64,000 nucleotides of DNA, taken from positions 64,001-128,000 of the IMG/VR virus record IMGVR_UViG_3300036770_007945; one strand, 5' to 3'. Origin of the DNA: a virus (Duplodnaviria; Heunggongvirae; Uroviricota; Caudoviricetes). Shown piece by piece: positions 1-9,916 of the stretch. Numbering within the stretch: position 1 is the stretch's first letter; each line of letters starts with the position of its first letter. The notes below the pieces were generated by a model that did no database searches, was not told the origin of the DNA, and was given only the letters and a program-made list of their open reading frames with translations. Position numbers and translations under genes: made by a program.

Positions 1-1273
1 TGATATGGCCGAAAAAATGTAAAGGTCTAGTATTACTAGCCTCTCTTTTTAAGAACTCTAAAGAAGTCTCAAGCTCTTCCTTAATAACACTTCTTGGCTC
101 TTTCCAGTTTCTTTGTTTCTTCTTAGCATAAGGGTCTAGTTTTTCTAAATATTTCTGTTCACAAGGAGAATGAGTGCAAATAAAGTCAGGAGTTTTTACA
201 AAAACAGAACCATTGGAAGTAACTTCTATTAATAAGTCTAAAAACTCTAGATCATCCTTATACTGATCTAAGCAGGTGAAATAGGTTTCAATAATATCTC
301 TCGGAGTCTTACTAACTATCTCCGGAGTTTGAAAACCCTTTAAAATAAAGTTTTCATGGTTTCCTATTACGACAGTGATAAGATCCCTATTAGCCTTAAT
401 CAGTTTTAAAACCTCTTTAGAGTAATTTCCTTTATCTATAAAGTCTCCGCAAAGAATTATACCTTTTTGAAGGCTCTCCTCGGTTCTCTCTATAATATAG
501 TTATCTAATGTTAGGTTTGCTTGGTATATATAATTTAAAGCCTTTATCAAAGTGTGAATGCAACCATGAACATCGCCTACTATGTATAGCTGCTTGAATG
601 TTTGTAAGTGCCTTGTTGTCTTTCCAACATTGTTTAAATCTTTATATGTCTGGGGCTCGATAAGAAAATCCGTAGAAATTGAGTTTAGTTCTACATGTTG
701 AGGTATACTTATAACTCGCTGGTATAAATGTTTTTCTAAATTTGGTAATACATCTCTATAGAAAGTCTCTATACCTCTTGTAGTTACAAACTTATTTGAA
801 GCAAATTTATAAAAATCTTTTCTATCCTTGTAGTTGAAAAGAAGCAAATCCAGTGAATAGTGATTATCTTTGCAAAGACGTATTAGAGCTTCTCTCCAGT
901 CCTTTCTCAATGCTGTGGAGTCTACTAGAATAATATGCCTGTTTACAGGATAAGACATCAATACTTTTAATTGTTCTTCAATTAATTTAAAAGCTTGTTG
1001 ACTTACTTGGGACATCCTTACGTCAAACTTATCTAGAGATCCTGGAGATTCCTGTAGCAAAGCATATCGCATTTCATCGGAAGAAAGAACACTGTAAGTA
1101 AGTTTCGTATCTGTATCCTGCAGTTTCTCATTATACTCTTCAATTTTGCTAACGATGCTTTTTACTAGAAAAGATTTTCCAGCTCCGGAAGGACCGCAAG
1201 TTACTATGACAGAGTAAGGTTTGAAGTTAAACTCTATACTAACTTGTCCACCGTGTTCTTTAAAAATACTCAT
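1..1273 (-). CDS. Polynucleotide kinase-phosphatase (Pnkp-like): AAA_33 kinase plus metallophosphoesterase; runs off the left edge of the window
   Basis: Not in the ORF track; translated by hand from ATG at 1273. MSIFKEHGG...CGPSGAGKS (P-loop), then VGDVHG, CGDFIDKG, IGNHE and FFGHI calcineurin-like motifs, all in the same frame. I checked these motif segments, not every codon. Confidence 0.85.
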   Translation of the reverse strand, partial: MSIFKEHGGQVSIEFNFKPYSVIVTCGPSGAGKSFLVKSIVSKIEEYNEKLQDTDTKLTYSVLSSDEMRYALLQESPGSLDKFDVRMSQVSQQAFKLIEEQLKVLMSYPVNRHIILVDSTALRKDWREALIRLCKDNHYSLDLLLFNYKDRKDFYKFASNKFVTTRGIETFYRDVLPNLEKHLYQRVISIPQHVELNSISTDFLIEPQTYKDLNNVGKTTRHLQTFKQLYIVGDVHGCIHTLIKALNYIYQANLTLDNYIIERTEESLQKGIILCGDFIDKGNYSKEVLKLIKANRDLITVVIGNHENFILKGFQTPEIVSKTPRDIIETYFTCLDQYKDDLEFLDLLIEVTSNGSVFVKTPDFICTHSPCEQKYLEKLDPYAKKKQRNWKEPRSVIKEELETSLEFLKREASNTRPLHFFGHI

Positions 1274-1303
1274 AATTTACTACTTTTATTGTTATTATTG
1301 TTG

Positions 1304-1672
1304 TTAAATTGTAACCACTGAGAGATTTAAGCTATCAAAATATTCTTTAGTGTAACCCAAAGAATCATTAAGAGATTTACTATACTCTTCTTGCTCTGCT
1401 CTATCTTTTATTCTTTTTATCATTGCATCAAAAATTTCATTCTTAAGCACCTTTCTTTTATTGATTCCAGCACCAAGTTTTTCGTAGTAGTAGCAAGACA
1501 CTCCTAAATCTAAGGTTCTTAAATGTAAATGATAAATTGTTCTATAATACAAATCATCTCTTGTAGAATGCCTTTTAAAGCCACTTAAGTGTAAGCGTGA
1601 GATTACTTCCGCATTGTTTTTAGTAGCATAGTCATTAAGACTTACGTAAAGATTAATAAATTTATTTTTCAT
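1304..1672 (-). CDS. Hypothetical protein
   Basis: 122 aa ORF with an upstream sigma70-like promoter. Confidence 0.6.
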   Translation of the reverse strand: MKNKFINLYVSLNDYATKNNAEVISRLHLSGFKRHSTRDDLYYRTIYHLHLRTLDLGVSCYYYEKLGAGINKRKVLKNEIFDAMIKRIKDRAEQEEYSKSLNDSLGYTKEYFDSLNLSVVTI

Positions 1673-1711
1673 ATTTTTTGTTTTTATTGTTATTATTAAT
1701 TATTGACTTTA

Positions 1712-1740
1712 ATAATAAGAACAAAAAAACAAAAAAGCAA
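1712..1740 (-). promoter_or_regulatory. Sigma70-like promoter
   Basis: TTGCTT-N17-TATTAT on the minus strand upstream of 1672. Confidence 0.5.
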
Positions 1741-1921
1741 CTACTTTTTTATAAACTTTGATTCTACATAAAAAATTCTATCTCTTTTTAGTGCTTGGTG
1801 AGGCTTATTCTTGATTGTAAGTTTCTTATATGCAACTCTTAGACTTAGAGAGGTTGTGTTGCTAACTCCTATGACTAATTTTAAAATGATAAATCTTTTA
1901 ACTATCTAAGCTTATATTACA

Positions 1922-3019
1922 GTGAGACAGAATATTACTCAAACCTACGTCGAGAATAATTTTTTACGACCAGATTTTTTACTTAATGGCGGTTTTAACA
2001 GCTGGCAGAGAGGGACTAGTCTTTCTGATTCTGAATTGACGACATTCTCTAACTATTGTGCTGATCAATGGCGATTAACTTTTCCTCCGAGCCAGCAACT
2101 GACAGTATCAAAAGCTACAGATACTTTTACGACCAATTTTAGAAGCCATAGCTGTCTGTCTTTGACCTTGAGTAACGCAACCGTATCTTTGTCAACAAAT
2201 ACACAGTTTGGCCTTTTTCAGCCGATAGAGGGGATCTACGCCCGAAATTTATTATACTCACCTCTCACCTTCGCAGGAAAGATACAGACCAATAGAGGTG
2301 GCAAGTATTCAGCTTTTATCTCTTGGGTAGATACCGCGTCCTCAAACTATTATTATTACGCAGTGCCTATTACCCTTATAGGGAATAACTCTGAAGAAAC
2401 CTTTGTTGTAAACTTTGATCCTTGTCCGACAACATTCACTCCACAAAAAGGGGAAGCTTTGTCTATGAAGGTGGGTATTATTCTAGCAGGAAACGCTTTA
2501 ACTACTTCTGGCGTATATTTAAACTGTCCTGCAGCATCAGAAACCTACTGTGTTTCGGGTCAAGAAAACTTCTTTGCTTCTTCGTCAAATACTTTTAAAA
2601 TCTCACAAGTCACTTTAAATCTTGGAAGAACTCCTAAAAATTATATATTGGATTCTGCTACCTCAGAGCTAGAGTCGTTGTATAGATATATTGAAAGAGT
2701 TAGGTTATCGTCACACTTGGTTAATCTATATAGCAATACTACTTCTCATACAGGTATGTTGAACTATACACGCAAACTAAGTTCTACCCCTAGCTTTAAT
2801 TTTTTACAAACAGATGAATCTAAGAGCTCTATCACGAACTCTTCTGCAGTCTACTACGTAGGCGGGAACACCGCTTTTACTTTAGGCAGTTTTGCCGCCG
2901 CTGCAAGAACTACTAATACCTCTACTAAGTTTAATTTCACAACTACTACAGCAACTCCTGTTGGTGTGGATACAGGAAACATTAACCTAGATGTCTTAGT
3001 GTCTTCAAACTTAGTCTAA
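1922..3019 (+). CDS. Tail fibre / receptor-binding-associated protein
   Basis: N-terminal LLNGGFNSWQRGTS...YCADQW matches the common phage tail-fibre module N.IING.F..WQRG...ADRW; Ser/Thr-rich beta composition. Confidence 0.6.
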   Translation: MRQNITQTYVENNFLRPDFLLNGGFNSWQRGTSLSDSELTTFSNYCADQWRLTFPPSQQLTVSKATDTFTTNFRSHSCLSLTLSNATVSLSTNTQFGLFQPIEGIYARNLLYSPLTFAGKIQTNRGGKYSAFISWVDTASSNYYYYAVPITLIGNNSEETFVVNFDPCPTTFTPQKGEALSMKVGIILAGNALTTSGVYLNCPAASETYCVSGQENFFASSSNTFKISQVTLNLGRTPKNYILDSATSELESLYRYIERVRLSSHLVNLYSNTTSHTGMLNYTRKLSSTPSFNFLQTDESKSSITNSSAVYYVGGNTAFTLGSFAAAARTTNTSTKFNFTTTTATPVGVDTGNINLDVLVSSNLV

Positions 3020-3037
3020 CTTAATTTAATTAAATTT

Positions 3038-3071
3038 AGTCTTGAGTAATAGGGATTTATTACTCAAGACT
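3038..3071. terminator. Bidirectional intrinsic terminator between convergent genes
   Basis: 14-bp perfect stem AGTCTTGAGTAATA/TATTACTCAAGACT, 6-nt loop, A/T-rich flanks. Confidence 0.7.
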
Positions 3072-3084
3072 TTTAGATATGAAT

Positions 3085-5472
3085 CTATAGAGTGCAAGCT
3101 CCCCCAAAACAACCATTCATGCTAGGTGTTTTAGATTCTTCACTTGTAGAGGCTTTCTCTCCAGCGTTTGTTTTAGTAGTATCTGTTTTATCGATACTAT
3201 GTTTTTCTCCTGAACCGTCTTTAGTAGTCGAATAATAAAGAGTCTTAAGGCCCATTTTATACGCATAGAAGATATCTCCGACTAATTCTTTGTATTCGAT
3301 AGGATTATAGTATAAATCAGCACTAATACTTTGATCAATGAACTTTTGAATTACGGCTACTAGATTTATATATGCTTTGTTAGAATAATCAGTATCCCAA
3401 GTTAATTGATAGCTCTTTTTATATTTCGAATAATCTGGGACTACCATTGGGATACTTCCTGAGTTTTTATTATTCTTAATAGAGATGTAAGCTCGCGGAG
3501 CTTCAATCCCGTTTGTTGCATTACTAATAATTGAAGACTTCTCGACAGGCATGATAGCACTTAACACCGTGTGTCTTAATCCATATTCCTTGATTTTGCC
3601 CCGTAACTCTTCCCAATTCTGTCTGAAAGTCTCTTTCGGGTATAGAATGTCTACTGTCTCTTTGTATTTGTCTATAGGCAAGATTCCATCTGCATACTTC
3701 GTTGTATAGAACGCAGCGCATTTTCCTCTCTCTTGGGCTAACGAGTTTGAAGCTTTCAATAAATAGTATTGTAGAGCTTCTGCCATATTATGAACAAGAG
3801 AGATCGCCTCTGGTGAAGAATATTTCAAACCATTCTTTGCAAGATAGTAAGCTAGATTCGAGACGCCAACACCTAAAGATCTATAATCTTTGCCAAACTT
3901 CTCAGCCGCAGGTATAGGATAGTTTTGGTATATCAAAAGGTTATCTAGAGCTCTAACTAGAATTCTTGTAGCTTCCTCCATATCAGTATCTAAGTCCTTG
4001 ATTTTACCTAAGTTCACTGCCCCTAACGTGCATAATGCTATTAAACCTTCAGTATTCGTTTCATCGATTCGTTTTAAAGGTTTTGTTGGAAGTAGTATTT
4101 CCATGCAAAGATTGCTTTGATATACAGGAGCTATCTCAGTTTTGAATGAGCCATACTCATTACTATTGTCTACATTATGAATATAAAGACGTCCAGTCTC
4201 TGAACGAACACGCACAATCAAATCTAGCAAATCTTTTGCAGATATCGTGCGTTTCTTTAATGATTTTTTATTTTCATACTCAGTATAAAGCTGCATAAAT
4301 TTATCTCTATTTTGGAAGAAAGCTTCGTATAGGTCAGGAACTTCAGAAGGGCAAAAAAGAGTAATATCTTGTTTTGTTTTTACTCTTTCATAAAAGAGTC
4401 GGTGCAATTGAACTGCATAGTCTAAACCGTGAATTCTGTTAGATTCCGTTCCTCTAGAATCTTTTAAAGGAATCAAGTCCTCGACTTGTGTGTGCCAAAA
4501 AGGAAAAAATACCGTTGAAGAGCCTTTACGGATACCTCCTTGAGAGCATGAGTTTGTAGCACTCTCCATGAGTTTATAAAAAGGGATGCAACCTGTGCTG
4601 TAACCTAAACCGCTACTTGTGATACTGCCATCTCCACGAATCCTGCCTAAATTTAAGCCAATACCTGCCCCCTTAGTAATATAACGGCCTATCGCATGGG
4701 CTGTTGTAAATATAGACTCAATACTATCGCCACAATCGATTAAAGTGCATGATGCAAACTGCTTAATAGGGGTTCTACAATTAGCCATTATTGGTGTCGG
4801 TAACGAGATTTTAAAAGTTGATAGTGCGTTATATAATTCAATAATTAACTTTAAACGTTTTTCTTTTAGCGTATCTGTAGGAGTAAATAAGGATCCTCGA
4901 GTATCCTCCACAGAGAATATTGTCATTGCTATGACCATGTAAGCAATTTGAGGTGTTTCGTAGTAGAGGTTTTTTGTTTTATGTTTTACTAAGTAGGACT
5001 CTGCAAATTCTTTAAGTCCTGCATAAGCAAAATCCAAATCCCGATCGTATTTGATTGCGCTGTTTAAAGTATCTATTTCTTCTTCTGAATAATTTTTAGT
5101 GAGGTCTCCACTATATACCTTTAAAGAAATATTCTTTTTAAGAATTTCCAAAAGGTGAGGTGGGTTATAAGCTCCGTGAGCTGCTTTACGTAAGTCTGTT
5201 AATAGAAGTCTCGCGGCAACATACTGGTAATCAGGGGCATCCTCTGTGATAAGATTGGCTGCTGCTTGAATTAGAGTGTCATGAATTCTTTTTGTGGGCA
5301 TTTTGTCGTAGAATTGTAAACCTGCAGATACAGCTAATTGAGAAGCAGAAACGTTTTTTAAGTTACTGCAGGCCCAATCAATCATTGTATGTATCTTGTC
5401 GTAGTCTAAGGGCACTACATCTCCAGATCTTTTCGTCACGGTTAAAGATTTTTTATTTGTATTATTTATCAT
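3085..5472 (-). CDS. nrdA: Ribonucleoside-diphosphate reductase class Ia alpha subunit with ATP cone
   Basis: N-terminal VTKRSG ATP cone, SLPTPIM, ASCTLID, QSNLCMEI (radical Cys), MPVEKSS, C-terminal GCFGGAC Cys pair. Confidence 0.97.
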   Translation of the reverse strand: MINNTNKKSLTVTKRSGDVVPLDYDKIHTMIDWACSNLKNVSASQLAVSAGLQFYDKMPTKRIHDTLIQAAANLITEDAPDYQYVAARLLLTDLRKAAHGAYNPPHLLEILKKNISLKVYSGDLTKNYSEEEIDTLNSAIKYDRDLDFAYAGLKEFAESYLVKHKTKNLYYETPQIAYMVIAMTIFSVEDTRGSLFTPTDTLKEKRLKLIIELYNALSTFKISLPTPIMANCRTPIKQFASCTLIDCGDSIESIFTTAHAIGRYITKGAGIGLNLGRIRGDGSITSSGLGYSTGCIPFYKLMESATNSCSQGGIRKGSSTVFFPFWHTQVEDLIPLKDSRGTESNRIHGLDYAVQLHRLFYERVKTKQDITLFCPSEVPDLYEAFFQNRDKFMQLYTEYENKKSLKKRTISAKDLLDLIVRVRSETGRLYIHNVDNSNEYGSFKTEIAPVYQSNLCMEILLPTKPLKRIDETNTEGLIALCTLGAVNLGKIKDLDTDMEEATRILVRALDNLLIYQNYPIPAAEKFGKDYRSLGVGVSNLAYYLAKNGLKYSSPEAISLVHNMAEALQYYLLKASNSLAQERGKCAAFYTTKYADGILPIDKYKETVDILYPKETFRQNWEELRGKIKEYGLRHTVLSAIMPVEKSSIISNATNGIEAPRAYISIKNNKNSGSIPMVVPDYSKYKKSYQLTWDTDYSNKAYINLVAVIQKFIDQSISADLYYNPIEYKELVGDIFYAYKMGLKTLYYSTTKDGSGEKHSIDKTDTTKTNAGEKASTSEESKTPSMNGCFGGACTL

Positions 5473-5562
5473 ATTATGCTTATATTTATGTGTTAAATTG
5501 TTATAGTTATTTTAACGCTGACTCGACCTTTTGATGTCAGCTTCTAAGTCAGTGTTTTAGTA

Positions 5563-5814
5563 TTACTTCCCTTTTATTTGGTTTATCGCCCCTACCAGTT
5601 GATTAACATTAGTGTAATTTCCTGATGAGTTGCCTCCTCTATTAGAGAGTTCTTCGTTAAGAAGCTCATTGTATATATGGTAGTCTAATAAATCCACTTC
5701 ATCTATCGTTAAAGATAGATTAAAGTATCTTGCTAATGAGGCTTGCACATATAGAATCTGTCTTCTTGTTATCTCGTTATTTTGCAAGATATAGTGAGAA
5801 AATAAAGTCATCAA
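5563..5814 (-). CDS. Small baseplate-hub-associated protein (putative)
   Basis: Overlaps the 3' end of the hub-like gene; EVDLLDYHIYNELL resembles the small partner genes in that position in myoviruses. Confidence 0.35.
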   Translation of the reverse strand: MMTLFSHYILQNNEITRRQILYVQASLARYFNLSLTIDEVDLLDYHIYNELLNEELSNRGGNSSGNYTNVNQLVGAINQIKGK

Positions 5815-6859
5815 GTCGAAATCGAAAAGGAATTAACTCCTCTAAAGCCTTTACCTCTTGGCCAGTTGTGAGAGCGTTTCGCAGTCTATCAATCTCTTTT
5901 TGGATAAAATTTTTATCTACTCCTAAAGCTTTATTGGTTTGTAGTAACAAAGATTCATAATCTGTTGTGGATAAAGTGTTCAACTCTTCAAGCCTTTTTT
6001 CAAGATAGCTTATAGCAGGATTAGGCTCAAAAAGTTTATCAGTTACGAGAATCTCGTCTTTGATGCCGTGCTTGCTATATTGAATGAAAGTTGTTAATTT
6101 TTCGTATTCTGGAGAAGCTAGCTCTAAGTCCTCAACAAACTGTAACTGTTCCTCTGGAGTTCCCTTATTGATGTAACAAGCGAATTCCGTATATAAAGCT
6201 AATTTATCTTCAGACCAAGCAGAACCTTCTTCAAGACTCTGTAAGCGTAACTGTTCTTGGATAATTTCATAACTTCTAACTGTTAAAGGTATAAAAGGAA
6301 GACTAGTTAACTCGGGTAGCTTTTCTTGCAAAGTTTTATAATCTAAATCCTCTATTATCAAGTCCGTTATCTTAATAAGATGATGGCTATTAGTGTTTCC
6401 GTAGAAGGAGGTCCAAGTTTTACTATATTCTATGTTTCCCGGATAACTGTTGATTAACAGATCTGTAGTTAGAAAAATAAAATCGTCAATAGTTAAGTCT
6501 CGAACATCTAACACTTCTCCATTAAAGTTTGGTGAAATACAATTTTGAATAGCGTCAATTAAGTAGGTAATTGATTTTTGTTCTATATATAAGCGCAACT
6601 TAACTAAATCCTTAATCTTAAGTTTTCTATAAGATACTGGTGTTTTCTTTTTATAAAAAAACCCTCTAGAAGGTAAGCTAAGTCGGTTAAATTCAGTTGC
6701 ACCTTCCTTAGCTAAACGCTCAATGAACATTGTATCTCCTGTGCCGTCTACACTTGGGGGGTTTATCGGGGGTTTTTGATTGATCAAAGGATTTGTTTTC
6801 GAAGAGGTTTTGCTAACACTCTTCTTAAATTGTTCTTCAGTTATTTGATTTATTTGCAT
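5777..6859 (-). CDS. Baseplate hub assembly protein (T4 gp26-like, putative)
   Basis: LSLPSRGFFY...YRKLKIKD...DVRDLTIDDFIFL resembles the LPS.G..Y / R.M...E / DL...D signature of phage baseplate hub proteins. Confidence 0.5.
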   Translation of the reverse strand: MQINQITEEQFKKSVSKTSSKTNPLINQKPPINPPSVDGTGDTMFIERLAKEGATEFNRLSLPSRGFFYKKKTPVSYRKLKIKDLVKLRLYIEQKSITYLIDAIQNCISPNFNGEVLDVRDLTIDDFIFLTTDLLINSYPGNIEYSKTWTSFYGNTNSHHLIKITDLIIEDLDYKTLQEKLPELTSLPFIPLTVRSYEIIQEQLRLQSLEEGSAWSEDKLALYTEFACYINKGTPEEQLQFVEDLELASPEYEKLTTFIQYSKHGIKDEILVTDKLFEPNPAISYLEKRLEELNTLSTTDYESLLLQTNKALGVDKNFIQKEIDRLRNALTTGQEVKALEELIPFRFRLDDFIFSLYLAK

Positions 6860-7006
6860 AGATTTATTTGCATAAGTTTAGATTAATCTTACTAGTAGAA
6901 TTAAATTCGTTGTATACGAATGTCCTCATAATTTTAGAGGTATAATTTTAATATACAATACTATTTTAGTTCTCATAATAATACTTAAAAATTACAACTA
7001 TATTTT

Positions 7007-8854
7007 GTGCGAGATTCAACTAACGAAAACAAAAAACAAAACTCTAAGGAAAAACAAAAAAAGTTTCAGTGGAAAGCTTTTCTTCTGGAGAAAGGGTTAG
7101 GTATTCCTCCGGAGTTGTTACGGAAAGAAGGCTGGAAAGATTTACTATCTAGCGACATTTTGATCCGAGCCATTAAACCTAAAGCTTTAAAAAAGATTCA
7201 AGGGACTTTTGCTGAGTGGAAAAGAGATTTCTCAAGCGAAGTTACTGTCAACAGAAGGATCCAAGAGAATATACAGAGGAAAAGAATATCTAAAAAAAAG
7301 AACCTCGATAAGTATCAAGATACTTTTTCTTCATTTAGTAATGAGAAAGCTTCACTTTTTCAAGGTAATGACAGCGATAGATTAAAGGCTTTTAAATCCA
7401 CCTTTTCAAACACTTCTTATCCGAGCGTAAGAGATATACAAATTGACTTTAAACCTTTACTTCAATCTCAACAAAGTTTATCCGATTTGGTTGGTAAAAG
7501 CTTCAAAGAAGTAAATACTAATTTAAAAGATATTCTTAAAGCGATCAATAATTTAGATTTGAGTTCTAGTGGAAGTCCTGGTTTCTTCCCCGATAACTTC
7601 TCTCCAGGTAAAAAGGGAAAAGGAACTCCTAAGAAGACAACGCTTAAAAGCAAGGTTGCTAAAGCCGCTAGCGTGCTTTTACCTTTTGCCGGTAAAGTTG
7701 CTACAGCAGGAGCTTTCATTGCACCACCGGCTATAGCCGCTGTTGATGTTTACAGAACGAGAGCCGCTCTTCAAAAGGCGGAAGATCTGGGCGTGCTTTC
7801 TAAAGAGCAAGCTGCTCTACTAAGGCAGAAAACTGCTATCGCTAAAGGCACAGCTGGCGCTGCCGGATTAGCTGGAGGTATCGCAGGAGCCTCCATGTTA
7901 GGTCCTGCAGGAGCCCTTGCAGGTGCTTTTGGTGGTCAATATCTAGGGGAGAAGGTTGGTAAAAGTTTAGGTGATTATTATACTCAGGATAAAATAGATC
8001 GTGAGTCTGCTTATTTAGCAACAGTAGCTAATATTGAAAGCGGTCTTTCAGCACAACCTAAAGCTACAGGCACAAGTAATGCGGCTGGCCTTTATCAGTT
8101 TATTCCTTCAACATGGCAAAGCTTAAATAAAAAATATAATAAGAATTGGGATATTAGTCCTGGCAATGACCCACGACTAGATCCTAAAAAGGCTCTCACG
8201 ATGATGAAGCTACTCACTAGAGAGAATCAAACAATTTTAGAAAAAAAGTTAGGTAGAAAAGTCACAGACGTTGAATTATATGCTGCACACTTCTTAGGTC
8301 CTGAAGATGCTTCTAGACTTTTGCAGGTTTCTCCCGAGGCTTCCGCTACTACCTTGCTTCCAAAAGCTGCCGGAGCCAATCCGCAAATCTTTTATACCCC
8401 TGAAGGTAGAGGTCGGACTACCGGAGAGTTAAAAAACCTCCTCTCAAGTAAATATCAGAAAAGAGCTCTTGAATTAGGGATTACCTCTGATGTTATTTTA
8501 CCTTCAACCTTACCTATCACGCCAATAACTCAGGCAACATTACCAACGGAGCAGGTTCTTAACGCTACACCGCCACCCATTGTTACTGAAAACGTTATAC
8601 AAAGTGTTGCCAAAGCGGAAGGTCAGAAACTGACTCAAGATACTATCACGCAAAACAAGATTCAAAGTTCTTTAGAAAAACTCGCTACTAATTCTAATGC
8701 AACTTTTGAGCTACAAAAAACGCAACAGGCACAAACAAGTAAAGGTGCGCGTCAAGGCGCGTTATTCTTAGGGGGTGCAAATAATCAAAGTATAATGAGC
8801 GATATCAATAGTATACACTTTACGGACGGTATGTTATTAAATATCCTTTTATAA
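7007..8854 (+). CDS. Tail-associated lytic transglycosylase / tape-measure-like protein
   Basis: GTG start; Gly/Ala-rich GA repeats then an SLT domain (NIESG...AAGLYQFIPSTW, LYAAHFLGP). Confidence 0.75.
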   Translation: MRDSTNENKKQNSKEKQKKFQWKAFLLEKGLGIPPELLRKEGWKDLLSSDILIRAIKPKALKKIQGTFAEWKRDFSSEVTVNRRIQENIQRKRISKKKNLDKYQDTFSSFSNEKASLFQGNDSDRLKAFKSTFSNTSYPSVRDIQIDFKPLLQSQQSLSDLVGKSFKEVNTNLKDILKAINNLDLSSSGSPGFFPDNFSPGKKGKGTPKKTTLKSKVAKAASVLLPFAGKVATAGAFIAPPAIAAVDVYRTRAALQKAEDLGVLSKEQAALLRQKTAIAKGTAGAAGLAGGIAGASMLGPAGALAGAFGGQYLGEKVGKSLGDYYTQDKIDRESAYLATVANIESGLSAQPKATGTSNAAGLYQFIPSTWQSLNKKYNKNWDISPGNDPRLDPKKALTMMKLLTRENQTILEKKLGRKVTDVELYAAHFLGPEDASRLLQVSPEASATTLLPKAAGANPQIFYTPEGRGRTTGELKNLLSSKYQKRALELGITSDVILPSTLPITPITQATLPTEQVLNATPPPIVTENVIQSVAKAEGQKLTQDTITQNKIQSSLEKLATNSNATFELQKTQQAQTSKGARQGALFLGGANNQSIMSDINSIHFTDGMLLNILL

Positions 8855-8911
8855 TAGGTTCTACGTTAAGCTTTTTAAAGCTATGCAATTCAAAACATTA
8901 ATTATAAATAT

Positions 8912-9451
8912 ATGTCACAAAATACCAATAACAATAATAATCATAATACTGACTGTAATTTGGTTATACCTTCTATAGAGCAACCTTCTCAGGAAGTTTT
9001 GCAGGTCTCTTCAGAACAAGAGAAAGAAAAAAATCTCTTAACTTTAGAAGAGACTTTGCAAGAAATCCGCTTGACTACCTCTCTACAGTCTGATGCAGAA
9101 ATTGAAAATTTCTCTCAGCAACTCCTAACTCTGGTCAATCAATGTATACCTAAAGCAACCTCTACGTATGAAAACAGCCCTAAGAAGAGTAATGCGGATG
9201 CTTTAAATCTATTTATATCTCAAAGTAGAGAGATAGTTAACGACCTTCGCAGTGTCAGAAATAAAAGAGTTCAGGTCAATAAGATTGTTCAAGAATGTCT
9301 TTCGCCAGCTTTTACTACTATTAGGGACCAGCTTTTATCTGCCCCTATTGCGTATCAAGATCTTGGAGAAGCTCAATATATGCAAGAGGTTGATAATATT
9401 ATGAAACTTCTTGCTAAAAGTGTTGTTGAAAAATTGAAAGAAACTCTTTAA
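8912..9451 (+). CDS. Hypothetical helical protein
   Basis: 179 aa ORF. Confidence 0.55.
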   Translation: MSQNTNNNNNHNTDCNLVIPSIEQPSQEVLQVSSEQEKEKNLLTLEETLQEIRLTTSLQSDAEIENFSQQLLTLVNQCIPKATSTYENSPKKSNADALNLFISQSREIVNDLRSVRNKRVQVNKIVQECLSPAFTTIRDQLLSAPIAYQDLGEAQYMQEVDNIMKLLAKSVVEKLKETL

Positions 9452-9794
9452 AACTGTGAGAGGTTAGGGGCTTTTCCATGCACCCGTCCATACCACAAGA
9501 CTTACAAGCTTCGATTACTTGTTCATATTTACTGGCGGTTAGTGCATAGATTGGAATCCTTTCTCGTTGATCTCTTTTTTCTAATAATCTTATTACTTTT
9601 GTTACTTCATAACCTGAGGAGAAGGGTAGAGATAAGTCCATCAATATTAAATCATATTCAAAATTCTGCTGAATAATCTTATGAAGAGCGGCTACTCCGT
9701 CTGTTGCAATGTCAACTGAATGTTGTTGTGCTTTCAAAGTTTTGTTTGCAACTAAGGCATTTACGTCGTTGTCTTCGCATAGAAGGATTTTCAT
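9414..9794 (-). CDS. Stand-alone response regulator receiver domain (CheY-like)
   Basis: KILLCEDN, YDLILMDLSLP (phospho-Asp), IYALTA and MEKP conserved receiver residues. Confidence 0.9.
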   Translation of the reverse strand: MKILLCEDNDVNALVANKTLKAQQHSVDIATDGVAALHKIIQQNFEYDLILMDLSLPFSSGYEVTKVIRLLEKRDQRERIPIYALTASKYEQVIEACKSCGMDGCMEKPLTSHSFKEFLSIFQQHF

Positions 9795-9916
9795 AAAAGT
9801 AATAAGTAAGTAATGTTGTGATGTAGGTTTCCTTCAGGAAAATAACTTTTAATGTTTAGTTTATAAAGCTATTTATAGTTGTTATAGAAAACTCTTTCTT
9901 TTTAGAAAAATTAGAT

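Noticed and set aside
5563-6859. Programmed frameshift (tail chaperone G/GT style) between the overlapping ORFs
   Set aside because: No clear XXXYYYZ slippery site, the second ORF has its own start, and the SLT/tape-measure-like gene is divergent.
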